This document shows, in pieces, positions 31,801 to 40,929 of a stretch of DNA of 64,000 bases. A model generated the notes under the pieces. It was not told where the DNA came from. It was given only the letters and a program-made list of their open reading frames with translations, and did not search any database. The position numbers and the translations under genes were made by a program. The first letter of the stretch is position 1. Each line of letters starts with the position of its first letter. The stretch is from an uncultured Chloroflexia bacterium (GTDB lineage Bacteria > Chloroflexota > Anaerolineae > JAAYZQ01), in contig CAVOXA010000022.1 in the NCBI GenBank assembly GCA_963700285.1, forward strand, positions 32,001-96,000, in the 5' to 3' direction.

Positions 31801-31936
31801 CGATCCCGCCGATGCTGGGGGCCGAATCCAATAGATAGACCTTGTACCCAGAGTCAGCCAGGTCCACGGCGGCGCGCATGCCTCCCACTCCGGCGCCGAC
31901 GACCATTACCGAGCCGAGCATTTTGCGTTGAACCAC
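28838..31936 (-). CDS. hdrA: Heterodisulfide reductase subunit A (long form)
   Basis: GAGVGG, FPTHDC, QCIGSR, CSSICCMY, CTPRTH, CSRTCC and ferredoxin motifs; GTG start 6 nt after GGGGAGG. Confidence 0.93.
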   Translation of the reverse strand: MVQRKMLGSVMVVGAGVGGMRAAVDLADSGYKVYLLDSAPSIGGIVAQLGFMFPTHDCVLCRGTSDHGYGCSRPSISPFLLDHSQHSNIEIMTNSTVVGAKGLPGDFTVKVHHQPRYVDISLCINCDECTKICPVDLTSEYQAGLVTRKAAYKPSIRAAPNAYVIEKGPYCEPCRKCEEICPTKAINLDQEDWYEEINVGAIILAVGYQLYDPTPMEELGYGRYPNVVTGIQYERLSSRSGPTEGIVERPSDGKIPERIAWLQCIGSRDQEHPYCSSICCMYATKEAVLAKERLPGVECEVFIMDERAFSKEYTAYFEQSKDLWGVEYTRCRISEIKQDPTNNDLILHYQDEKGQLRRKTFDMVVLSVGSVPPPKAVALAGDMQIELNEYGFAKTDKFEPVDTSRPGVFVAGAFATPKEIAETVMDASGAAARCMALLSGKSGTEITKPDYPPERDVSGQEPRIGVFACYCHPTIDEVVDVDGVLAHTGAMPGVVHTQALDYGCLPGGPEAIQDAIREHNLNRVVIGACTPRTHLALFHHVIQQEGLNPQLLEFVSLRDNCAWVHADDPAGATRKAKEEMRIGVARVGRFEPYQKESRPHIRSALVIGGGLAGMTSALSIADEGYDVFLVEKSGELGGNLKYLYRTAEGPSPQRLLHSLVKRVHSHERIALHYNTEVIGYEGHVGNFRTRLDYAGDGEPPQCWEIEHGVTVVATGGYEYKGNTFLYGEHPRVITQLELEKQLAQDVDSARRLKQVVMIQCVNPDGTAVHYCSRTCCTNTMKNASLIKQINPDCEVYVLYKDLITYGFREEYYTDARERGVIFLRYQEGSPPQVQVDNGRVQVHITDLTLEQELIFNPDLLALSMAIMPAETNPELARILGVPLSSEGFFMEDNLKLRPMDFTREGIFLAGLAHYPKFIEETIAQALATSARAMTYLSKDRLEVGGTIAIVEQSKCVGCLTCVRVCPFQVPAIDAQAVGVGDIIGAAFIEPSLCTGCGICTSECPADAIQLRHYRDDQLVLAEAPILGQWAYA

Positions 31937-32035
31937 TACGTTCCTCCCCAAGTACTAGCTGTATTGTAGCTGCGGCGGGCGCCTTGGAGCCCGCGGCGGC
32001 CTGGCGCACGTGTATTGTCGTCTGTGTCTGATAGC

Positions 32036-32195
32036 AAAAGACCCATGCACAAGGCACGGGCTCGAAGGGGAACCAGAACGTGAGGTGTTGCGCAGCCCAG
32101 GTGGAGCGAGCCCAGCGGCTTGTACTCCTCCTGTCAGCCAACTCCCCTTCGAGTTGCCCACTCCTTGCGCACGCTGTGTTGCCAGCGCTTAATCC
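32036..32195 (-). ncRNA. Candidate cis-regulatory leader RNA (riboswitch/attenuator-like) of the hdr operon
   Basis: Between promoter and hdrA; terminator-like hairpin plus mutually exclusive long-range pairings (see findings). Confidence 0.5.
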
Positions 32196-32200
32196 GACCT

Positions 32201-32229
32201 ATTATACCCGATTCCCATGGAGAATGCAA
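32201..32229 (-). promoter_or_regulatory. sigma70-type promoter of the hdrA operon
   Basis: TTGCAT-17 nt-TATAAT on the minus strand. Confidence 0.75.
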
Positions 32230-32424
32230 AACGCTGGATCGAAAAGGGGTAAGTCTGGCTTGTCCGCAAACGCACTGCGTCAAAGTGAGGATCGCAGTCT
32301 GGAGAGATGTCTGCCGCCAGGGTGCCGACCTCAGCCCAAAGAAAGCTGACCGCTTTGGGCTGCCGTCCTCAAGTATTTGTCATAATCCTCGAGTACCTAT
32401 ATTTATTATTGATGTTATTTTTAC

Positions 32425-32453
32425 TTGACAAATCACCTGATTGGTGGTATACT
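32425..32453 (+). promoter_or_regulatory. sigma70-type promoter
   Basis: TTGACA-17 nt-TATACT with an AT-rich upstream element. Confidence 0.8.
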
Positions 32454-32626
32454 TTTGGCAACGGATGGGAAACCCTGGCAGAATACCCCACAAGTCGCCT
32501 GTACCGTCGCGAGACCGCAGCGTTGTTCCGGGGGTGGACGGCGCAACTGGCTTTCGCCCGCAACGCCCCATCACTGCGACTCGACACGAGTCGCATCCGG
32601 TTCATCCGGAAAAGGAGATAGACACC

Positions 32627-33058
32627 ATGAACAAGATCGAGTACATCAGGACGGTCAACGACTGGACCAAGCCCTTCCGGAAAGACTACTACACGGAGGA
32701 TTTCCAGTCGACCAACGCGCAGGGCACTCCCCCTATGGACAGGGATACGGTCTTGGCGATGCACGGGCTGATGAAGGCGGCCCTGCCTGACATCAGGACC
32801 GTCATCGAAGAGATCAGAGAAGAAGGCGACGACGTCGTGCTAACCAGCCACTGGGCGGGCACATTCATCAACGACTTTGACCTATCGGTCATGGGCCTGG
32901 GTGTCATCCCTGCCACGGGGAAAGCAGTCGTTTTTCCCACCAGCACCATCCGAATCAGCTTTGACGGTGACAAGATCAGCAGGATTGACCATCCGGCCAC
33001 CGGGCCGGATGCGGGCATGGCCGGTTTCGTCAAGGCGCTCGGCGTGGAGCTGGGGTAA
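32627..33058 (+). CDS. SnoaL-like (NTF2 fold) ester cyclase family protein
   Basis: AALPD...IEEIREEGD.V....WAGT....GVIPATGKAV; SD AAGGAG. Confidence 0.8.
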   Translation: MNKIEYIRTVNDWTKPFRKDYYTEDFQSTNAQGTPPMDRDTVLAMHGLMKAALPDIRTVIEEIREEGDDVVLTSHWAGTFINDFDLSVMGLGVIPATGKAVVFPTSTIRISFDGDKISRIDHPATGPDAGMAGFVKALGVELG

Positions 33059-33120
33059 GCATCTATGGGTCTATGCGGGCGGCCTTCTGAGAACAAGCTG
33101 GGGGCGGCCCAATGACAGCC

Positions 33121-33281
33121 AGGCAGCGTTAAAGGGTCCTGACTGGCCTTGTCTGATCAATGCCGTCGAGAGCGACGGTATTCCCAAGACAAACAATGCA
33201 GTGGAAATGGTGATCCGGAGATTCGAGGCAAGTGCCCTCTACAACTGGCCGGCGCAGATGTCCCCAGCCTGTGACGGTTAC
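33121..33281 (+). mobile_element. Probable IS remnant (C-terminal transposase fragment)
   Basis: Frame reads LINAVESDGIPKTNNAVEMVIRRF, resembling the TNNxxE region of DDE transposases; no start or N-terminal part. Confidence 0.4.
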
Positions 33282-33291
33282 GAGATCCGCT

Positions 33292-33320
33292 TTGCACTCC
33301 GACGCCGCCGGTGGTATAAT
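33292..33320 (+). promoter_or_regulatory. sigma70-type promoter of the caspase gene
   Basis: TTGCAC-17 nt-TATAAT. Confidence 0.7.
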
Positions 33321-33393
33321 GCAACGCGTACCCAGCGACGGCGACACATCGGCCCTTCAATGACGAGTGCCAAAGCGTGACGGGGAGGCGCCT

Positions 33394-36300
33394 ATGACCG
33401 AAGAGACCGGTAGCCAGCCCAGCAGCGAGCCAGGAACCCGCAAACTCAGGCCCGTGATCCCTGCCTCCGACTATGCCCTCAGGGACCGCTGGGCCATCGT
33501 TGTCGGCATCTCCCGCTACCAGAACGAGCGCTGGAACCTCAAATACGCCCACCGTGACGCGGAGATGTTCTACGATCTGATCCGCAAGCCATCCGGCGGC
33601 GGATTTCTGGAGGATCACGTCGTCAAGCTCATCGACGAAGAGGCCACCACCCGCAGCGTGACGCGAGCCCTGCGCGGTTTCCTGCAAAAGCCGGCAAAAG
33701 AGGACGTCGTACTCCTCTATTTTGCCTGTCACGGCGCGCCGGACCCCAACAGACCCGAGAACGTCTATGTCATCACCCACGATACCGATCCCAAAGACAT
33801 CCCCGGCACCGCGCTGCCCATGCGCGAGATCCATCTTTCGCTCCAAGAGAACCTGGCGGCCGAACGTACCATCATCATTATGGACGCCTGCCACTCGGGT
33901 GTTATCGGCGAGGGACGTAGGGCCGCCGACGAGACCGCATCGGTGAACCGCTATCTGCAAAGTCTGGGCGACATGCAGGCCGGCCTGGGCCTGCTCACCT
34001 CGGCGCGTTCCAACGAGACGTCGCAGGAGGATGCCCGGTGGGGCGACGGCCACGGGGTCTTTACCTACTATCTCCTCGAGGGCATGCGCGGCGAGGCGGA
34101 CCGCAATCCCAAGAACGGCATCGTCACTGTCGGCGAGCTTTTTGAATACGTCCGGGAAGAGGTGCGCAAGGCAACCGGGCACCAGCAGCACCCCTTTACC
34201 GGACCCGGCCCCGTCTTTGACTGGCCCATGGCCTGGACCGGCGGTCGTTCGGCCCAGGAACACCTGCAGCTTGGCCAATCCCTCTTTGAATTGGGCACGT
34301 TGACGGACGACAAGAGTGTTTTCGATTCAGCAGGCCGGCAGTTTGCCGAGGCCCTGCACTTTGCCCGCCTGGATGGCGTAGCGCTGCCCGAGGCGAACCT
34401 GGGCCGCGGCCGGGCGTTGCTGGCCGCAGGCCGGAACGTCGAGGCCCTCGCAGAGCTGGACAAGGCCATTGCCGGGGACGCCGAGGGCGCCCATGTCCGG
34501 GCCAACTTCTACCGGGGTGTGGCCTTTGCCCGGGAGGGGGATCGCCAGGAGGCGGCCGCGGAGCTGGAGGCGTTCTCCGCAGGAGCTCCGGGTGACGAGT
34601 TTGCCCCTTGGGCAGAAGAGTATTCCGCCTGGCTGCGCCAGATCGGCGGCGGCAAGAGGACCGCTCTGCTCATCGGCGTCAACACGTATGCCAGGGCCAA
34701 ACCGTTGAGCGATTTGCGGGGTTGCGTTAACGATGTAGAGCAGCTGTCGGCAGTGCTCCAGGCGCGATTTGGGTTTGACAAAGCCGGCATCACCCGGCTA
34801 ACCGACGCCCGGGCGACATATCAGGGGATCGTCGAGGCGTTGGAGCATCTGGTTGAGACGGCCACTCCCTACGACTCGGTCCTGGTCTTCTTCAGCGGCC
34901 ACAGCCGGCCCGGAGACTCGCCACACTATCTCATCGTCCACGACACTGTCATCGAGTCGTCTGAGGCATATCGAGATCACAAATTCAAGCTGGCCATCGG
35001 CGCCCAAGAGCTGCACGATCTCATGAACCGCATCCCCACCAAGCACAAGACCCTCATCCTCGATACGCATCCCAACTTGCGCTTCCTGGATTTGGCCCGC
35101 CGTGAGGGCAACTATGCCCTTTTCGTAGCCAGTTCGGAGGAGAGGGTCTTTGAGCATACCCTGGAACTCGATGGCGAGCGGATCCAAATGGGTGTGTTCA
35201 CCTGGAGTCTGGTGGGACAGCTCATGGCCCTGGATGCCAGGACGACCTATCACGATTTGGTGTACCCTGTCCGTGAGGTTGTGCAGAAACACCAACCCCA
35301 GCAGACGCCCGAGTTCATCGGCCGCCGGGAGCGGCGTGTTTTTGCCGAGGCCGATGACTATCTCGGCGCCCTGGATTTCGCCCTTCGACGCAGCTACGGC
35401 GCCTTTGCATTGGAGGACGTCCGCGCTCGCTACGCTCGCTACTGCCAACAGGTAGATGGCTCGATGCCCGCCCTGCACGAGAGCTTTGGCCGCGCCTTCC
35501 TGGAAAAAGAGGTCTATGGCCAGGCCGTCGAGGCCCTGCAAACCTGCATCGACCAGCGAGGGACGGCGTCGCCCGTCGAGGGCCTGGTCCTGGGCCTGGC
35601 TCTGGTTGGTGCATGTCGCTACGCGGATGCTTTGCCCTATCTCGCTGCTTTTGCCAAAGCCGCCCCAGAGTCTGCGGATCTGGTCTCCAAGGCGACCGGC
35701 ATCGTCGAGGCCCTGCAGGCCGGGCGCAAGGCGGCGCTGCTGGTGGGTATCGACAACTATGCCAGCCCCGATATCCCCCCGTTGCTGGGTGCTCGCAATG
35801 ACGTTGCCGCCCTGCGCGAGACGCTGCTGGAACGCTTTGGTCTGCGTCCGGACGAGGTCGTGGTGCTGCTGGACGGAGATGCGACCAGGCAGGGCATCCT
35901 TGAAGCTTTCGAGCAACTGGTCGAATGCGCCCGCAACGTGCCGTCATTCTTCTACTTTGCCGGCCGCGGCTCGGCGGACGATGAAGACCGGCCTGCCCTG
36001 GTCAGCGCCGATGGGCGGCAGCCAGGCGTGTATGACATCCTCCTGGAAGAGCTGGCACATAGGATTCCTCAAGAGTCCAATCTGGTGACAATCTTGGACG
36101 CAGGCTGGCAGTGCAACGGCGGTGCGGAGGGTCGCTCCCTGGCCAGAGACCGGCGTGCAAGGTCGGATGGACGTGATATCTCATTCGTTCCCACGATCGT
36201 CGAGCGGGATGCCAGAAAATACAGGGTTCCGCTTGGCCGGGCGTCGATCTATGAGGGGTCAGTGACCTTCTCGCATTACAAAGCCTCCGGCGAGATTCTC

Positions 36301-36984
36301 GGTCCTCAAGGTAGTGCCCTGGAGGGGGTGCATGGGGTGATGACAGCCGCGCTAGTCTCGGCGCTTTCTGAGGCCGGCTCGGAAAGCCTGTCCGTTGCCC
36401 AATTGTCGGAGGCCATGTCTGCGGGATTCGACGACGACCGGCTCATCCCCATGGTGTTGGGTGAGGCGACCAATGCGCCATTGTTCGATCCTGAGCCTAA
36501 CCACCAGACCATCTATGTCCTCGCCGCCAGGGCAGAGCACCAGCCCGTACGCAAGACGGCTGAACGACTGCGCATCCTCATTGAGCGCAACGGGGATGTC
36601 TATCCCGAGGGCTACCTCAACCTGGGCATTGCCTACGCATTCTTGGGTGAGCACGATCGGGCCATTGCCGCCCTGGAAAAAGCCATCGTCCAGCAGGACC
36701 CCTACCCGGAGGCTCACTATTACCTGGGCCGGACCCTTGTCGAGGCCGGCCGCGATGCCGCCCGGGCCGTCAGCGAGCTGCGCGAGGCCATCGAACAAGA
36801 GGAACCGGGGAACGCGAACGTGGCTACCCGCTACTATCTGGGCCGGGCGCTTCGGGCCTTTGTCGAGCAGGATATCCTCGTCGAGGCCGAAGGGGCCTAC
36901 CGTGACTATCTGGCCGGCGGCGCGCCCCTGGGCCACGAGGCGGAGGTACAGGAGTTTCTCGAGCATAGATATGATACCGTGTGA
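33394..36984 (+). CDS. Protein with three caspase-like (peptidase C14) domains alternating with TPR blocks
   Basis: Three A(I/L)(V/L)(V/I)G(I/V)xxY...D starts; domain 1 YFACHG...MDACHSG; TPR patterns such as YLNLGIAY...AIAALEKAI; SD GGGGAGG. Confidence 0.88.
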   Translation: MTEETGSQPSSEPGTRKLRPVIPASDYALRDRWAIVVGISRYQNERWNLKYAHRDAEMFYDLIRKPSGGGFLEDHVVKLIDEEATTRSVTRALRGFLQKPAKEDVVLLYFACHGAPDPNRPENVYVITHDTDPKDIPGTALPMREIHLSLQENLAAERTIIIMDACHSGVIGEGRRAADETASVNRYLQSLGDMQAGLGLLTSARSNETSQEDARWGDGHGVFTYYLLEGMRGEADRNPKNGIVTVGELFEYVREEVRKATGHQQHPFTGPGPVFDWPMAWTGGRSAQEHLQLGQSLFELGTLTDDKSVFDSAGRQFAEALHFARLDGVALPEANLGRGRALLAAGRNVEALAELDKAIAGDAEGAHVRANFYRGVAFAREGDRQEAAAELEAFSAGAPGDEFAPWAEEYSAWLRQIGGGKRTALLIGVNTYARAKPLSDLRGCVNDVEQLSAVLQARFGFDKAGITRLTDARATYQGIVEALEHLVETATPYDSVLVFFSGHSRPGDSPHYLIVHDTVIESSEAYRDHKFKLAIGAQELHDLMNRIPTKHKTLILDTHPNLRFLDLARREGNYALFVASSEERVFEHTLELDGERIQMGVFTWSLVGQLMALDARTTYHDLVYPVREVVQKHQPQQTPEFIGRRERRVFAEADDYLGALDFALRRSYGAFALEDVRARYARYCQQVDGSMPALHESFGRAFLEKEVYGQAVEALQTCIDQRGTASPVEGLVLGLALVGACRYADALPYLAAFAKAAPESADLVSKATGIVEALQAGRKAALLVGIDNYASPDIPPLLGARNDVAALRETLLERFGLRPDEVVVLLDGDATRQGILEAFEQLVECARNVPSFFYFAGRGSADDEDRPALVSADGRQPGVYDILLEELAHRIPQESNLVTILDAGWQCNGGAEGRSLARDRRARSDGRDISFVPTIVERDARKYRVPLGRASIYEGSVTFSHYKASGEILGPQGSALEGVHGVMTAALVSALSEAGSESLSVAQLSEAMSAGFDDDRLIPMVLGEATNAPLFDPEPNHQTIYVLAARAEHQPVRKTAERLRILIERNGDVYPEGYLNLGIAYAFLGEHDRAIAALEKAIVQQDPYPEAHYYLGRTLVEAGRDAARAVSELREAIEQEEPGNANVATRYYLGRALRAFVEQDILVEAEGAYRDYLAGGAPLGHEAEVQEFLEHRYDTV

Positions 36985-37077
36985 CGAACACAATCGCGTG
37001 CCAGATGCAGGATCGCGCGTGACAAGTGCAATGTCGGTTGGGTCTGATTTGGCGTGACTATCACAGAGAGGTGAAAA

Positions 37078-38503
<1,426 letters not shown>

Positions 38504-38513
38504 ATGCCGGCAT

Positions 38514-39890
38514 TCAGACCTCCCGGTCCTTCCATTTTCCGCGCTTGAACCAGGCGGCAAAAACCAGACCGTTGGCCATGTTGGCCGCTGCCCGCCCCAG
38601 CCAGATACCCAACAGACCGAGCCCGGCAATCTGGGCCAGTCCGTAGGCCAGGGGGACTTCTAGGATCCACAACGTGAGCAGGTTTATAGTCATGGGCGGT
38701 ATCGTGTTCCCGGCGCCGGCAAAGCCCCGCGACAGTACCACGCCGATGCTGTTGAGTACCAGGGAGGGGGCGATGATCCGGGCGCATTGGGTGCCGATAG
38801 CCACAACCTCGGGGGTGGGGTCAAAGATCGCGATGAGGCTGGGTGCAAAAACAAAAATAAAGGCCGCTACTGCGACCATGTAGGCGCTCGAGTAGCCGCT
38901 GACCCACCAGGCGCTGCGCTCTGCCCTGACGGGCTTGTGGGCTCCCAGGTTCTGGCCGACCAGCGTGCCCGCTACATTGCCCAGGCCAAAACAGGGGATG
39001 AGGGCGATCATGAGCAGCCTGTTGGCCACGCCGTACCCGGCGATGGCATAGGTCCCGTACAGGCCAACCAGCCACATGATGGCCAATCGCGAGGAGGAGC
39101 GCAGTGTCATCTGTATTGTGCTGGGCAAGGCAATCCGTATGACGCGGCCTATCAGGGGAAAGTCCGGCCTCATGTCGCGCAAGCTGAGCCGCAGCCTGGA
39201 CTTGCCGCGCAGCAGGATCACCAGTTGCAGGATCAGGCCTACCCCATAGCCCAGGGCAAAGGCCAGGGCCGAACCGGCCACACCCAATCCAGGAAAGGGC
39301 CCCACTCCGACAATGAGCAGGGGTTGGAGTACCACGGTCGTCGCTGTGGCCAGAAAGAGGACGTTCATGGCCAGCCGGGCCTCGCCGGCCCCCCGCAGCA
39401 TGGCGTTGATGACAAAGACCAGGACCATCGTGGATAGCCCGCAGAAAGCCACCCGCAGGTAGCTCATGCCCAGGGGAAGTACCTCGGCATCGGCGCCCAA
39501 TAGCGTCAGAAGCGGGCGGGCCAGCACCAGGCCCAGGGCCCCGATGGTCAACGAAAGCATCAGCGCCAGCAGGATCACCTGCGCGGCGGCGTGTTCCGCC
39601 GCAACCGCATCCCTTTCCCCGGTGCGCCGGGCCACCACCGCCATACCCCCGATGCCCAGCCCGTTGGACATGCTGTTGAGCACCCAGCGCACGGTCATGC
39701 TGATGGTCACGGCCGCCAGCGCCGCCGAGCCCAGCCGGCCCACCCAGTAGGCGTCTAGCAATTGGGAGATGTTGAGGACGGCGGTTTCCAGCACCATGGC
39801 CGGCGCCAGGGCCCAGATAGCGCGCTGGATGCTGCCGCTGGTCAGATCACGGTCCGGCGCTGGGCCAGCCTGGGGGGTTTTTGCCATCAT
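38514..39890 (-). CDS. MATE family efflux transporter
   Basis: DLTSGSI...LAP, VGRLGSAALAAV, LRGAGE, VGQNLGA; multi-TM. Confidence 0.92.
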   Translation of the reverse strand: MMAKTPQAGPAPDRDLTSGSIQRAIWALAPAMVLETAVLNISQLLDAYWVGRLGSAALAAVTISMTVRWVLNSMSNGLGIGGMAVVARRTGERDAVAAEHAAAQVILLALMLSLTIGALGLVLARPLLTLLGADAEVLPLGMSYLRVAFCGLSTMVLVFVINAMLRGAGEARLAMNVLFLATATTVVLQPLLIVGVGPFPGLGVAGSALAFALGYGVGLILQLVILLRGKSRLRLSLRDMRPDFPLIGRVIRIALPSTIQMTLRSSSRLAIMWLVGLYGTYAIAGYGVANRLLMIALIPCFGLGNVAGTLVGQNLGAHKPVRAERSAWWVSGYSSAYMVAVAAFIFVFAPSLIAIFDPTPEVVAIGTQCARIIAPSLVLNSIGVVLSRGFAGAGNTIPPMTINLLTLWILEVPLAYGLAQIAGLGLLGIWLGRAAANMANGLVFAAWFKRGKWKDREV

Positions 39891-40014
39891 CGACTCGATA
39901 GGATCCCTTCGTTGGACGGCTCGGTTTGTCTGCCTATCCTATATCCTATCACAGGCTGCCTGAATATGCAAGCTCGGGCCGTGTCTAAAGTCTCGGAGCC
40001 CCAGATCGGAGTTG

Positions 40015-40170
40015 CCGTACTCGGCAGGGTACAGGTACCTTCCTCCTGGTCACTGCCACTCTTGTCCGTGACGGTGTACTCGCCGCCGGTGATGGCACAG
40101 AAGCGGGCTGCCTGCGTGACATAACCGGTGACCTTGATGCCACCCACCGGGCATTCGCCCCGCATTCCTT
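40015..40170 (-). pseudogene. Fragment resembling DUF333 (putative hemolysin) repeat proteins
   Basis: RGECPVGGIKVTGYVTQAARFCAITGGEY...EGTC without a credible start or C-terminus. Confidence 0.45.
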
Positions 40171-40206
40171 CTCTCTGAGATCGGAACTTTGAACTCGCCC
40201 GGCACA

Positions 40207-40241
40207 TAGATGGGTCCAGTTTTTGAAACTGGACCCATCTA
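40207..40241. repeat. Long palindrome (REP-like or terminator)
   Basis: TAGATGGGTCCAGTTT-TTG-AAACTGGACCCATCTA; GTAG at one end on the minus strand. Confidence 0.65.
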
Positions 40242-40250
40242 CGTACTGTG

Positions 40251-40808
40251 TCACTTCCCGCTTCTCTGTGCGCAATTGAGGGTTACGGTGTACAACTGCT
40301 GCGCCGGCTCAAGTTGGCAGCTCGCGATGGGCTGGTCTTGCGGGCAGCCGGCGTCGGGCGACGGCTGCCAGTTGGCGGCTGCCAGGCAAACCCGATCGCC
40401 CTGGCGAAAGCCGGAGGCCATGCCGGTGGGGCCGCCGGCGGCGAGCTGTTGGTCTTCCTGCCAACCCTGTCCCTCCAGCACCACGGCCAGCGCTTCCACG
40501 GCGGCCTGGGGGCTCTCAAAGTTCTCCCCGTTGCCGGTGGCTGTCGCCTGGCAGCCGGTGCCCGATTCGCCGCTGCCCGGCTCGGTGAATGGGACCTGGT
40601 CGTTCGACACGTCCATGCTCAAAGCCTGCGATGCCGCGTGCGCCAGAGCAGCGCACGCGTCCGGGCTGAGGGGTTGCCAGGCAGATCCCGTCGTGCCCGG
40701 TGTGGGCATGCCTGTGGCTTCCGGCTCTGGGGATGCCGCCGATGCGCAAGCTGCTACCAAGAGGACAACTACCATCAGGACCGTTACAGATTGGATCAGA
40801 AACTTCAT
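40251..40808 (-). CDS. Putative lipoprotein of unknown function
   Basis: Signal peptide with lipobox LVAAC, low-complexity linker, Cys-containing domain. Confidence 0.75.
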   Translation of the reverse strand: MKFLIQSVTVLMVVVLLVAACASAASPEPEATGMPTPGTTGSAWQPLSPDACAALAHAASQALSMDVSNDQVPFTEPGSGESGTGCQATATGNGENFESPQAAVEALAVVLEGQGWQEDQQLAAGGPTGMASGFRQGDRVCLAAANWQPSPDAGCPQDQPIASCQLEPAQQLYTVTLNCAQRSGK

Positions 40809-40929
40809 GGTTCACACCTCTCTGGGAAGTCGGCCGGAGTTTCAGCTTGCAGCATGTGTGGCGAAAGGTTGAGAGTCTGCCGACAGAGAATCTGTTATTC
40901 TCCTCATTCGTTGTCGTATCGCCGAGCGT

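Noticed and set aside
31955-32161. 68-aa leader peptide or read-through extension of hdrA
   Set aside because: The SD-like AAGGAG abuts the start, the translation is not protein-like, and hdrA has its own SD and GTG; the region is better explained as structured RNA
32036-32195. Assignment to ZTP, THF, yybP-ykoY riboswitch or 6S RNA
   Set aside because: Only partial look-alike words (CCUGGGC, GGGAGUUG, AAGGGGAGU) without the partner motifs; left unclassified
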